From the IMG/VR virus record IMGVR_UViG_3300037882_002358, positions 1 to 28,328 of that record: a stretch of DNA of 28,328 nucleotides; one strand, given 5' to 3'. Of the stretch, positions 16,380 through 24,165 are shown one piece after another. Both the position numbers and the translations under genes were made by a program. The first letter of the stretch is position 1. The number at the start of each line of letters is the position of its first letter. The notes under the pieces were generated by a model, which had not been told where the DNA came from, did not search any database, and saw nothing but the letters and a program-made list of their open reading frames with translations. Source of the DNA: a virus (lineage: Duplodnaviria > Caudoviricetes).

Positions 16380-16633
16380 GTTACGTTATTAGCCTTAATG
16401 CCTCTGATAATACTCAAGTCCATATCTTCTCGGAACTCAAACATAGCGTAGTCGTCCACTTCATCCAGATAATACAATCCTTTTAGATTTTCATCGCACC
16501 AATTGGCAAAATCCGTCAACTGATCACCAGATAAATATTTATCAGAAGCAAGTATGACTGTATTTCGGCATAATTTACCACGCAATTCTTCAGTAGCGTA
16601 AGCCATACCCATAATACGTTTGGTATGTTTCAT
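16376..16633 (-). CDS. Hypothetical protein, tandem paralog
   Basis: TKRI...LCRN...WCDENLKGLYY...MFE...DM shared with the adjacent gene. Confidence 0.75.
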   Translation of the reverse strand: MKHTKRIMGMAYATEELRGKLCRNTVILASDKYLSGDQLTDFANWCDENLKGLYYLDEVDDYAMFEFREDMDLSIIRGIKANNVT

Positions 16634-16651
16634 AAAATTATCCTAAAGATT

Positions 16652-16903
16652 TCAAGTAACAACGTCTTTATTACCCCGTAGGATACATAAATTCATATCC
16701 GAGGAATGTTCAAACATCATATAGCTATCCGTGCCGTGATAATAGTAAATCCCTTGTAAGTTCTCATCGCACCAAAGCAAGAAAGTTTTCATCTCTGCTA
16801 CCGAAGTCAAACTACCCTGAAGGTCAAGAATATTACGACATAGAGAATCCCGCAATGAATCACTCGCATGTTCAAATTTTCGAATACGTTTTGTTACTCG
16901 CAT
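16652..16903 (-). CDS. Hypothetical protein, tandem paralog
   Basis: TKRI...LCRN...WCDENLQGIYY...MFE...DM shared with the adjacent gene. Confidence 0.75.
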   Translation of the reverse strand: MRVTKRIRKFEHASDSLRDSLCRNILDLQGSLTSVAEMKTFLLWCDENLQGIYYYHGTDSYMMFEHSSDMNLCILRGNKDVVT

Positions 16904-16906
16904 AGC

Positions 16907-17365
16907 TTACTCTGGAATCTTTCCATCAAGCAGATACACAATTGGTTGAAAATCCACACTATAGTGTTGGATAATTTCCGAGATCACTGACCATGAACCT
17001 CCTGCTAATCCCGCGCCTATCAGTGGCATGGCGAGTTCGGTCATCCTTATTTCGGGAGCTATTTTATTTAAAGTCACTATACCCTCAGTGATGGCATCAT
17101 AGGATACATATCGTTCCCCATCATTTCCATAATGTTGTTGTCCAACCAGATGGAATATAGTGCGAGAATCGGGAGCAACATGAGGGATAATATCCCCCAT
17201 GCGCAAGACAGGTTCGGCCATATAGGTATCATAGGCATCTGGATATCGTTCTCGAAGCTCTTTAGCAAACCCAGACTTCATACGATGTTGAGCATTCACA
17301 CAATGGACAATATATGCGATGTTGGTATCAAGGAAAAGATTTCCTGTTCTGTATTCAATTTTCAT
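16907..17365 (-). CDS. Macro domain protein (ADP-ribose binding/hydrolase)
   Basis: GNLF, IVHCVNA..M.SGFA and MPLIGAGLAGGSW. Confidence 0.9.
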   Translation of the reverse strand: MKIEYRTGNLFLDTNIAYIVHCVNAQHRMKSGFAKELRERYPDAYDTYMAEPVLRMGDIIPHVAPDSRTIFHLVGQQHYGNDGERYVSYDAITEGIVTLNKIAPEIRMTELAMPLIGAGLAGGSWSVISEIIQHYSVDFQPIVYLLDGKIPE

Positions 17366-19440
17366 GCCGCGATATCTTCTTCTTGAATATGAGTGAAGCC
17401 ATTTTGCTTCGCAATATATATGGTTCGGTCAATTCTCCCCATAAGCTCTTCTCTATGCGAAATCAAGAAAATATTTCTACCATTGCGAGAGAAGGTTTTC
17501 AATATCTGAAGAGCATCTTCAGCACCAGATGCACAAAGGCCAGAATCGATCAATTCGTCAACCCACATGATGTTTATGCTATTGTTGAGACTTTCCCACA
17601 CGTCTCTAAATGCCCATGAGGTAGCCATAATGACGCGATTCGACTCTCCCCGAGATAGTTGGGCGAAGTCGAAGTCACGGCCCAAAAGGGTAATTTCCAC
17701 TCTCAAGTCGCTCTGGAATACCACATCATGTGGTAGTCCCATCTTGGTTAGGTAATAACCCAACCGTTCATTCAGGAATGATAGATTTTCTTCAATAATC
17801 GTTCTACGAATAAACGAATCTTTGTTGGTCAATAGTTTGTATAAAAATTCCTGATGGCGGTAAAGATCAGTTTCTTGATTAATGGGTTCCATATCTATCT
17901 TCTGGATAGCGGTTCTGAATCCATTGATCTGTTTTATATGCGGGTTATCCTCGCCTTCCAGTCTGGTAATCTCGGCTACTATAATGTCTTTTTGATATTT
18001 CAGATCATACAACTGCTGGCGATTAGTGAATATTGTTTCGGGTCGGCCATTAAGCAGCACGAGTTTTTCTTGAATATCGTTTTGTGTATTTACCAGTTTG
18101 TTCATTTCAACATCAATGCGCTGCTTTTCTTCTAACCTTGCGGTTTCTTCTGATTTGAATTTTTCAATCTGGATTTTTTTGTTATCATTTTGAGTGGTGA
18201 TATCGGCGCGTAATTCCACCAAATGTTCTTCAGCATCCGTAATATTAGTTTCGATTTCCTTGAGTTTTGTTTTATTAACTGCAAGTTCTTCTTCGAACCG
18301 TCCGACTACATATTTGAGATGATCCGTGCCCTTCAGTTTTTGATTACAAGTTCGACAATCTTGGTCATCGGGGTGAGCGAGCATGTGTTCAAAATGATCG
18401 ATTGCTTCCGATGTCTTGGTCTTTTCGACATTATATTCAACAATACGTTTTTCAGTTCTCTCTATTTCCTTTTCAAGGCGTTGAATGGTTTGTTCGAATG
18501 ATTTCTCATCAAATCCCTCAGAACGGGAAATAGCAGTCATGATATCGGTTTGTGATCTACGCAGACTATTGATTTGTTCATTTACGAGCGACAACTCATT
18601 ACTTATGCGCTGATATTCCGAATTGTAATTATCAATATCGTCAAATAACTTAAGCTCTGCTTCAAAATCAATTGAGTTAGTAAGGAGTAATTGCTCCTTC
18701 AAATCGGCTATTTCATTTTCTTGTTTCTTTTCCCAAACACTTGCATCGCGGCGTGCATTATCAATTGATAATTCTATTCGCTTATTCGCAGCCTGTGTGG
18801 CACTGACTTGCGCCTCAAGAAACTTAACGCGATCTTTTGTCAACACCATCTTGGCCTTGAGCTTTTCCGCTTTCGCACTCATCTGCGTAATACCAAGGAG
18901 TTCTTCAATTATTTCTCGTTGCTTAGCATCACTCTCTTTGAGAAATGGCTCAGTGTAGGTATTGAGTGCCACGATATGCTTGAACATAGTATGCGACATA
19001 CCAATAATACGATTGATGTCAACCTGTGTTTCAGCATTCTCGCCCTTAGCATCATTCTTTTCTTTATCATCTTCACCAGTGACATCTTCACCATTGACGT
19101 AAAATTTCATAATAGTGGGGTTGCGACCTCGTTCAATTCGATATTTCTTGCCACCTTTTTCAAAATCTACCGAAACGTGCATTCCCTTGAGATTGATATT
19201 GTTGACCAAATTGGGTATCTTAATCTTGGTCAGGGGCTTACCGTAAAGAGCAAAGCTCAATGCCTGTAATACGGCGCTTTTGCCCGCGCCATTGCGAGTG
19301 CTACCGTTCGTAGCATCATTGTTATTTCCAAGAACAAGAGTCATGCCGTGTTCGTCAAACCTAATGGCTTGGGTAGCGTTTCCTACTGAAAGAAAATTAC
19401 GCATTGTTAATCCCGTAATTTTGAGATTATTAAAATCCAT
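17362..19440 (-). CDS. gp46: Recombination endonuclease ATPase subunit (T4 gp46 / Rad50 / SbcC-like)
   Basis: NFLSVG, Walker A NGAGKS, coiled coils with CRTC zinc hook, signature LSRGE, Walker B MWVDE, H-loop ISH. Confidence 0.92.
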   Translation of the reverse strand: MDFNNLKITGLTMRNFLSVGNATQAIRFDEHGMTLVLGNNNDATNGSTRNGAGKSAVLQALSFALYGKPLTKIKIPNLVNNINLKGMHVSVDFEKGGKKYRIERGRNPTIMKFYVNGEDVTGEDDKEKNDAKGENAETQVDINRIIGMSHTMFKHIVALNTYTEPFLKESDAKQREIIEELLGITQMSAKAEKLKAKMVLTKDRVKFLEAQVSATQAANKRIELSIDNARRDASVWEKKQENEIADLKEQLLLTNSIDFEAELKLFDDIDNYNSEYQRISNELSLVNEQINSLRRSQTDIMTAISRSEGFDEKSFEQTIQRLEKEIERTEKRIVEYNVEKTKTSEAIDHFEHMLAHPDDQDCRTCNQKLKGTDHLKYVVGRFEEELAVNKTKLKEIETNITDAEEHLVELRADITTQNDNKKIQIEKFKSEETARLEEKQRIDVEMNKLVNTQNDIQEKLVLLNGRPETIFTNRQQLYDLKYQKDIIVAEITRLEGEDNPHIKQINGFRTAIQKIDMEPINQETDLYRHQEFLYKLLTNKDSFIRRTIIEENLSFLNERLGYYLTKMGLPHDVVFQSDLRVEITLLGRDFDFAQLSRGESNRVIMATSWAFRDVWESLNNSINIMWVDELIDSGLCASGAEDALQILKTFSRNGRNIFLISHREELMGRIDRTIYIAKQNGFTHIQEEDIAA

Positions 19441-19762
19441 CTATATTCTCCAACTTTATTTCGTGTGTAGTTAATAAACCTAATATACTTTCTTCCGATT
19501 CTGGAAGTGGATTTATCCAATTGCAAAGAATTGTTCCCGGGCCTCGAATAAAGAATAATGAAGCAGAATATTTCTCGCACCGATTATCCATATGAGACAT
19601 TATGCAAAGAATACTCGAATCGGAAGTTGTTATTTCAGTTCGAAATTCATATCCCGATAATTCACATCTATAAGCTCGATTTATATTTCGGGCCATCAAG
19701 TCCAATGGGGAACGAATTGGGGTTAATTCCAAATTACGTTCTATAAACTCCAAAGGAGTCAT
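19430..19762 (-). CDS. Hypothetical protein between gp47 and gp46
   Basis: Overlaps both neighbours (ATGA coupling to gp47). Confidence 0.6.
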   Translation of the reverse strand: MTPLEFIERNLELTPIRSPLDLMARNINRAYRCELSGYEFRTEITTSDSSILCIMSHMDNRCEKYSASLFFIRGPGTILCNWINPLPESEESILGLLTTHEIKLENIDGF

Positions 19763-20781
19763 TCTTCCAACTCTCTATATATTTCAACCAATTTGTCATT
19801 ACGGAAGGTATCACTCTTGACAGTCATTAGACCATCCACAATAGTTGTATTAACAGATTGGAATTTAATTTTTCCAGTTTGTTCTCTGACTGATTGTTTA
19901 GTAGATTGATGTATCAATTCAATTTTACGCATGTTGTATTTGCTGAGATACTCATCTCTCACCAACTGTGCTTCTTCAAATGATATATCAAGATCAAGGG
20001 TCACTCGGGCAGTAAGTTTGGAACAAAGCATCTTATCTGGCTCGGTGAGGAGTTGTGATAATGTCATTGTCCTATACTGTGGAGCATCGGGCCACGCTAT
20101 AAACACAGGGTCACGTCCCCATTCAAGGATCATCATCCCCCTATCGGTGTCCCAAGCATCTGCAAAATTGAAGGGGAATATGTTACCCGTGTAGATGACG
20201 TTATCTTTTTGTTGACGGAAATGGAAATGACCGCTGAACAAAAATTCAGACTTTTTGAAATCATCAGGAGAAAGATTTCCCGGATGATCAGGCATTGGAA
20301 CCTTGGCGTTCATCTGAAAACCACCATTGAGTTCAAGGTGCCCAAATATGTATCGAGAGGCACATTCTTTAACTTGTTTTATTTCATTCTTCAGTAACCA
20401 TGGGAGAATGGTAACACCTCCCATAGTCATTGGTTCTCTAACTACATGGATATTAGTGAGATAATCAGCAAAAGCAATAGATGACACATCCCGCTTATCC
20501 CGAAACAACAGATCATGATTACCGGGAATCCAATACACATGTTCAAATGCATTATTGAGCATTTCGATGCCTTGCATTGAGTAATTCATAGTAGAGATAT
20601 GAAGATTATGACGGGAGTCGTGCCAGTCTCCCATCATAATACATGTTTCGCAGCCATTTTCTTTGGCCGTATTGACAAACCATTGGATAAAATCCAGATT
20701 ATCCTGATTAGCCTGTGGGCTGTTGCTTGATCTGCCAAAATGGACATCCGTTAGGGTAGCGACTTTTTTAAAAAGGTTCAT
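19759..20781 (-). CDS. gp47: Recombination endonuclease nuclease subunit (T4 gp47 / Mre11 / SbcD-like)
   Basis: Metallophosphoesterase motifs TDVHFG, MGDWHD, PGNHD, FGH and SGHFH; GGAGA Shine-Dalgarno supports start MNLFKK at 20781. Confidence 0.92.
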   Translation of the reverse strand: MNLFKKVATLTDVHFGRSSNSPQANQDNLDFIQWFVNTAKENGCETCIMMGDWHDSRHNLHISTMNYSMQGIEMLNNAFEHVYWIPGNHDLLFRDKRDVSSIAFADYLTNIHVVREPMTMGGVTILPWLLKNEIKQVKECASRYIFGHLELNGGFQMNAKVPMPDHPGNLSPDDFKKSEFLFSGHFHFRQQKDNVIYTGNIFPFNFADAWDTDRGMMILEWGRDPVFIAWPDAPQYRTMTLSQLLTEPDKMLCSKLTARVTLDLDISFEEAQLVRDEYLSKYNMRKIELIHQSTKQSVREQTGKIKFQSVNTTIVDGLMTVKSDTFRNDKLVEIYRELEE

Positions 20782-20849
20782 TAGTTCTCCAAGAGGAATA
20801 ATCAACCATCACTATAACTCATTCTACCCCAAGGTTTCCATAATATTCG

Positions 20850-22745
20850 TCAGTATTCGCGTTCTTCTTCTGAAGCTTTACGAGCCTTTTCAACCGCTGC
20901 TTCTGCCGCTATAGTTGCTGCTGATTTTCTCCCACGTTTAGCAGGAGCCTTTTTAGGCTCACTTTGTCCCATTTCATTCTCGATTTGTCGAGTATAACTT
21001 GGGTTCATCCCCATGTTGACAAGAAGATCATCTCGAATAGATTGATTCTTTTTTTCGAGATTTAATGTTCTGGTAAAGGAATGGGTGAGAGTAGTGGTGA
21101 AGAATGCAAATGGATTGTTGGATTTAGATTCATCAAACTGAAGACCAACTTGTGACAAGTGTGTAAGTGCCAAGCCGCACATTTCATCCCTATACGTATT
21201 CGAGCACGTGTAAATATATCGTCCTCTACGAACCACCAATGTTCCGTAATCAGATGATACACACCATACTTTACCATCATAGGGGACAGTTGGTATATTA
21301 GGATGAGTATGTTTTCCCCTACCCTTAATCGTTCCATTACGTTTCGCGCCATGCATATTGACATTTTCTACCCTACTGATCCTGCGCTTATCGGAGAAAA
21401 CAGTCGCTTCATATATTGGTGTTATTTTACCGCTTTTCTGTGTTATCATGCGGGGTGTTGGTGAGATTGCTACTTGTTTCCCTGCAATGGTGCATAACAT
21501 AGCAAATGCGTCCATGTGCTCTTTATCTTTCTGACAATATCCAATTTTTACAGTATCGTTTTGAACTGTTCTCCAACCATCACCATCAATCATGGTGTTG
21601 ATTAATAATTCGCGCTGGTCTTGTGTTAAAGAATTGATAAAAGCAGTAGAGAGAATTTTCTTATTTCTATCCCCCCCTACGATGACTTCCATCATCTTAT
21701 GAGAAAGGTCTTTATTTAATGTGAACGCAACGTTTTTATTAACCAAACTGGTACGAGAATATTCCGAAAATCCGTATCCCAGCGTATTCAAACAGGCGCG
21801 TATACGATCCGCATAGTCCCCTTCATTTTGACAAATCGTGAGACGAGTCGTCCCGTTGTCGCGCTCGTAAAAACATCCTTCCGTTACTACCCAACCAACA
21901 AGTTCTACAAAAGCATCGGGATAAGGACTTGTATGATCGTCCTTAACGCCTTTACCCATGAGGGTTAATTTATCAGTTTCTTTCAAAAGCTCGGCAGGTT
22001 TAAGACCATCCTGTGTTATAAACTTGTGTCCCGGGGTAACCAGAGCATCAAGGCCCCTGACCTCCAACTTGAACATATTTCCTGTATAATGGTTACGATA
22101 AATATGATTAATCTTAGACCATACAAGGTGTCCATCTTCTTGATTATAAGCCATAGCGATATCATCCATAGTGATTTCATCATGGTTGAGCCAACCCCGT
22201 TGGGTAAGTAATTCGGTGTCTGTATCGTAACAATATCCTCTCCAATTGGAACGCATTGAATATTTTTCCACCAACATCATAAACATTCGCCCCAGTCGTT
22301 CCGACATTCTGCCCTTTTCAATGGTAAAACGACCCGTTTCAAAATCACCTTCCCAATGTGATCTACCAACTTCTTCAAAAGTATCTTGTCCATCTATGAC
22401 ACGCAAAACGCAATGTTTAAAAGGTGGGAAATTGGTTCTGGCGTGGTTCATATTTGTTACACGCGACTTTCGTTTACGTTCTGGATCGATAGGGACATGA
22501 TCATAGGACATGACACGAAATATCATTCCGTCTCGTGTCTTTGGTTCAGGAGCCTTAACGTTAAGGCGATCAAGAGTTTCTGTGATGAATTCAGGAGTTA
22601 ATATTTCCATTGACCCCACTATGGCATCATAATTTGCATACTCGGGTGAAGTAAAGGTACAAAAAGTATTCTTACATCTGGCAATCTCGGCCAGTAATTC
22701 TTTGTTAGTAACATACTTAACAGGGGTTCTGGTTACTTTAGACAT
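20850..22745 (-). CDS. gp55: Late-transcription sigma factor (T4 gp55-like), intein-containing precursor
   Basis: YVTNKELLAEI; NWRGY|TYRDEM and FDESKSNNPFAFFT match gp55 conserved blocks once the intein is removed (about 286 aa mature); T4-like synteny with gp47/gp46; GGAG before ATG 22745. Confidence 0.85.
   Translation of the reverse strand: MSKVTRTPVKYVTNKELLAEIARCKNTFCTFTSPEYANYDAIVGSMEILTPEFITETLDRLNVKAPEPKTRDGMIFRVMSYDHVPIDPERKRKSRVTNMNHARTNFPPFKHCVLRVIDGQDTFEEVGRSHWEGDFETGRFTIEKGRMSERLGRMFMMLVEKYSMRSNWRGYCYDTDTELLTQRGWLNHDEITMDDIAMAYNQEDGHLVWSKINHIYRNHYTGNMFKLEVRGLDALVTPGHKFITQDGLKPAELLKETDKLTLMGKGVKDDHTSPYPDAFVELVGWVVTEGCFYERDNGTTRLTICQNEGDYADRIRACLNTLGYGFSEYSRTSLVNKNVAFTLNKDLSHKMMEVIVGGDRNKKILSTAFINSLTQDQRELLINTMIDGDGWRTVQNDTVKIGYCQKDKEHMDAFAMLCTIAGKQVAISPTPRMITQKSGKITPIYEATVFSDKRRISRVENVNMHGAKRNGTIKGRGKHTHPNIPTVPYDGKVWCVSSDYGTLVVRRGRYIYTCSNTYRDEMCGLALTHLSQVGLQFDESKSNNPFAFFTTTLTHSFTRTLNLEKKNQSIRDDLLVNMGMNPSYTRQIENEMGQSEPKKAPAKRGRKSAATIAAEAAVEKARKASEEEREY
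21198..22232 (-). mobile_element. Intein (345 aa) with LAGLIDADG homing endonuclease
   Basis: Block A CYDTDTELLTQRGW; block B VTPGHKF; endonuclease blocks LVGWVVTEG and LINTMIDGDG; block F KVWCV; ends CSN followed by Thr+1. Confidence 0.92.
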
Positions 22746-22773
22746 TTTACTCCATAATTTCATTTGATTCATC

Positions 22774-22802
22774 ATTATAGTATAGAAATTTTATTTTTAC
22801 AA
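22774..22802 (-). promoter_or_regulatory. Near-consensus sigma70 promoter for gp55-gp47-gp46
   Basis: TTGTAA (22802-22797), 17 nt, TATAAT (22779-22774). Confidence 0.7.
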
Positions 22803-22827
22803 TAATTAAATACATCCTTAACAATAC

Positions 22828-22835
22828 TATAAATA
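22828..22835 (+). promoter_or_regulatory. T4-type late promoter for the baseplate operon
   Basis: Perfect TATAAATA, with a second TAAATA at 22807-22812; followed by GAGG and GTG 22868. Confidence 0.7.
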
Positions 22836-22867
22836 ATAATAAGGAACATTTTCGAGGTTTTATTGTT

Positions 22868-23863
22868 GTGGATGAAGAGTATATTAAAAAAGTAGTAGCA
22901 AATTCTACTAATACCGAACCCACTACTGTTCGGAAGAAATCTTTTGAAGAATTATTCGCTGGTTATACTACAAATGATGTTTTGAAAAATTCAGGACTCA
23001 GCGCAAGTGATGCTGAAAAGGTTATGAGTGCGGTCGCCCCTGCGGGTGGGAAAGTATTTGAAACTGCTAATGGAGAGAAGTATCGAGCAGGCGATACCGT
23101 GATCCTTAATGGTATTCCTCACTTAGCATTGGAGGATGGGTCATTTGAAGGTATGGGGATAGAAGTAGTTGGAACAACTTCAACTACTGCACAGGAAACT
23201 AAGGTTGACAATCGCCTTCGCTTATCTGCTCTATCAGGGCGGGAGGAGCAAATATATGGCCCTGATAATGTAACGGAAAATATTCTTTCACCATTGCATA
23301 AAACGGGCGGTTTGCTCTTCCCCTACACGCCTGCTTTGCAGATTGCAGGAGAGGCAAGGTGGACCGAACATGATCTCGTTCATACTAACTTTGATGTTCT
23401 ATCTTATCAAAGAACTCCCAGTGCGACTATTGGTATTTCGGGGAAATTTACCGTCCAGAATCAACGAGAGGGACAATATGCAATTGCGGCTATCCACTTT
23501 CTGAGAACAATCACCAAGATGTATTATGGTGATCAGGAAAGCGCGAACGCCAATGCGGCTCAGAATTCTGGTAAAGATGCTAAAGCAGGCCTTCCCCCTC
23601 CTGTATTACGATTACGCGGGTATGGGGACTATATGTTTCCCGATCTTCGTTGTGTAGTGAAGGGATATAGTTTCAACTTTGATGAAAATATGGATTTGAT
23701 TGATGTTCCCCTACCTGCTGGTGGGAATGTCATGTTACCCCCGTTGTTCACATTATCGATCACAATCGGGCTGCAACAATCACCACGTCGGGTTAGAAAA
23801 GATTTTAATTTGACCGACTTCCGTTCGGGCAAAACAATGCTCAAAGGAGGTAATTGGTTCTAA
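22868..23863 (+). CDS. Baseplate/tail-tube-fold structural protein (tube initiator-like)
   Basis: GLLFPYTP and PPPVLRL.GYG.YMF...VV motifs; position upstream of LysM wedge, hub and spike genes. Confidence 0.6.
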   Translation: MDEEYIKKVVANSTNTEPTTVRKKSFEELFAGYTTNDVLKNSGLSASDAEKVMSAVAPAGGKVFETANGEKYRAGDTVILNGIPHLALEDGSFEGMGIEVVGTTSTTAQETKVDNRLRLSALSGREEQIYGPDNVTENILSPLHKTGGLLFPYTPALQIAGEARWTEHDLVHTNFDVLSYQRTPSATIGISGKFTVQNQREGQYAIAAIHFLRTITKMYYGDQESANANAAQNSGKDAKAGLPPPVLRLRGYGDYMFPDLRCVVKGYSFNFDENMDLIDVPLPAGGNVMLPPLFTLSITIGLQQSPRRVRKDFNLTDFRSGKTMLKGGNWF

Positions 23864-24165
23864 TGCCAAAAATCATGTATCCATCTCAGTCTGCATATGC
23901 AGCAACCCCACAAACATCTTCACATATTGGTAGATATGTTCATCGCACGATTGATCCATCATCAGATGATCAGTATATGGTGATTACTCCCAAACACGAA
24001 AATAGACCAGATTTGCTCGCCTTCGAACTTTATGGTAACCCAAATTACTGGTGGGTTTTTTGCTCTCGTAATCTTGATTCAATCCGTGACCCTATTTGGG
24101 ATTTTGTTGCAGGGTTAGAAATTGTAGTTCCATCTAATAAGCATCTTAAGGAGACGCTTGGATGA
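23863..24165 (+). CDS. Baseplate wedge protein (gp53-like, LysM fold)
   Basis: RPDLLAFELYGNPNYWWVF..N...DP...F..G..I.VP; TAATG coupling (alternative TTG start at 23854). Confidence 0.8.
   Translation: MPKIMYPSQSAYAATPQTSSHIGRYVHRTIDPSSDDQYMVITPKHENRPDLLAFELYGNPNYWWVFCSRNLDSIRDPIWDFVAGLEIVVPSNKHLKETLG

Noticed and set aside
21198-22232. Class 3 intein, suggested by Cys in block F (VWCV)
   Set aside because: Cys1 is present and the block B Trp and block G Thr of the WCT triad are absent, so class 1 is more likely
5328-22775. Longer upstream starts given in the ORF track (5357, 5421, 7262, 7458, 8423, 11064, 14621, 20805, 22775)
   Set aside because: Extensions overlap promoters, hairpins or neighbouring genes; downstream ATGs fit Shine-Dalgarno or promoter spacing and family N-termini better
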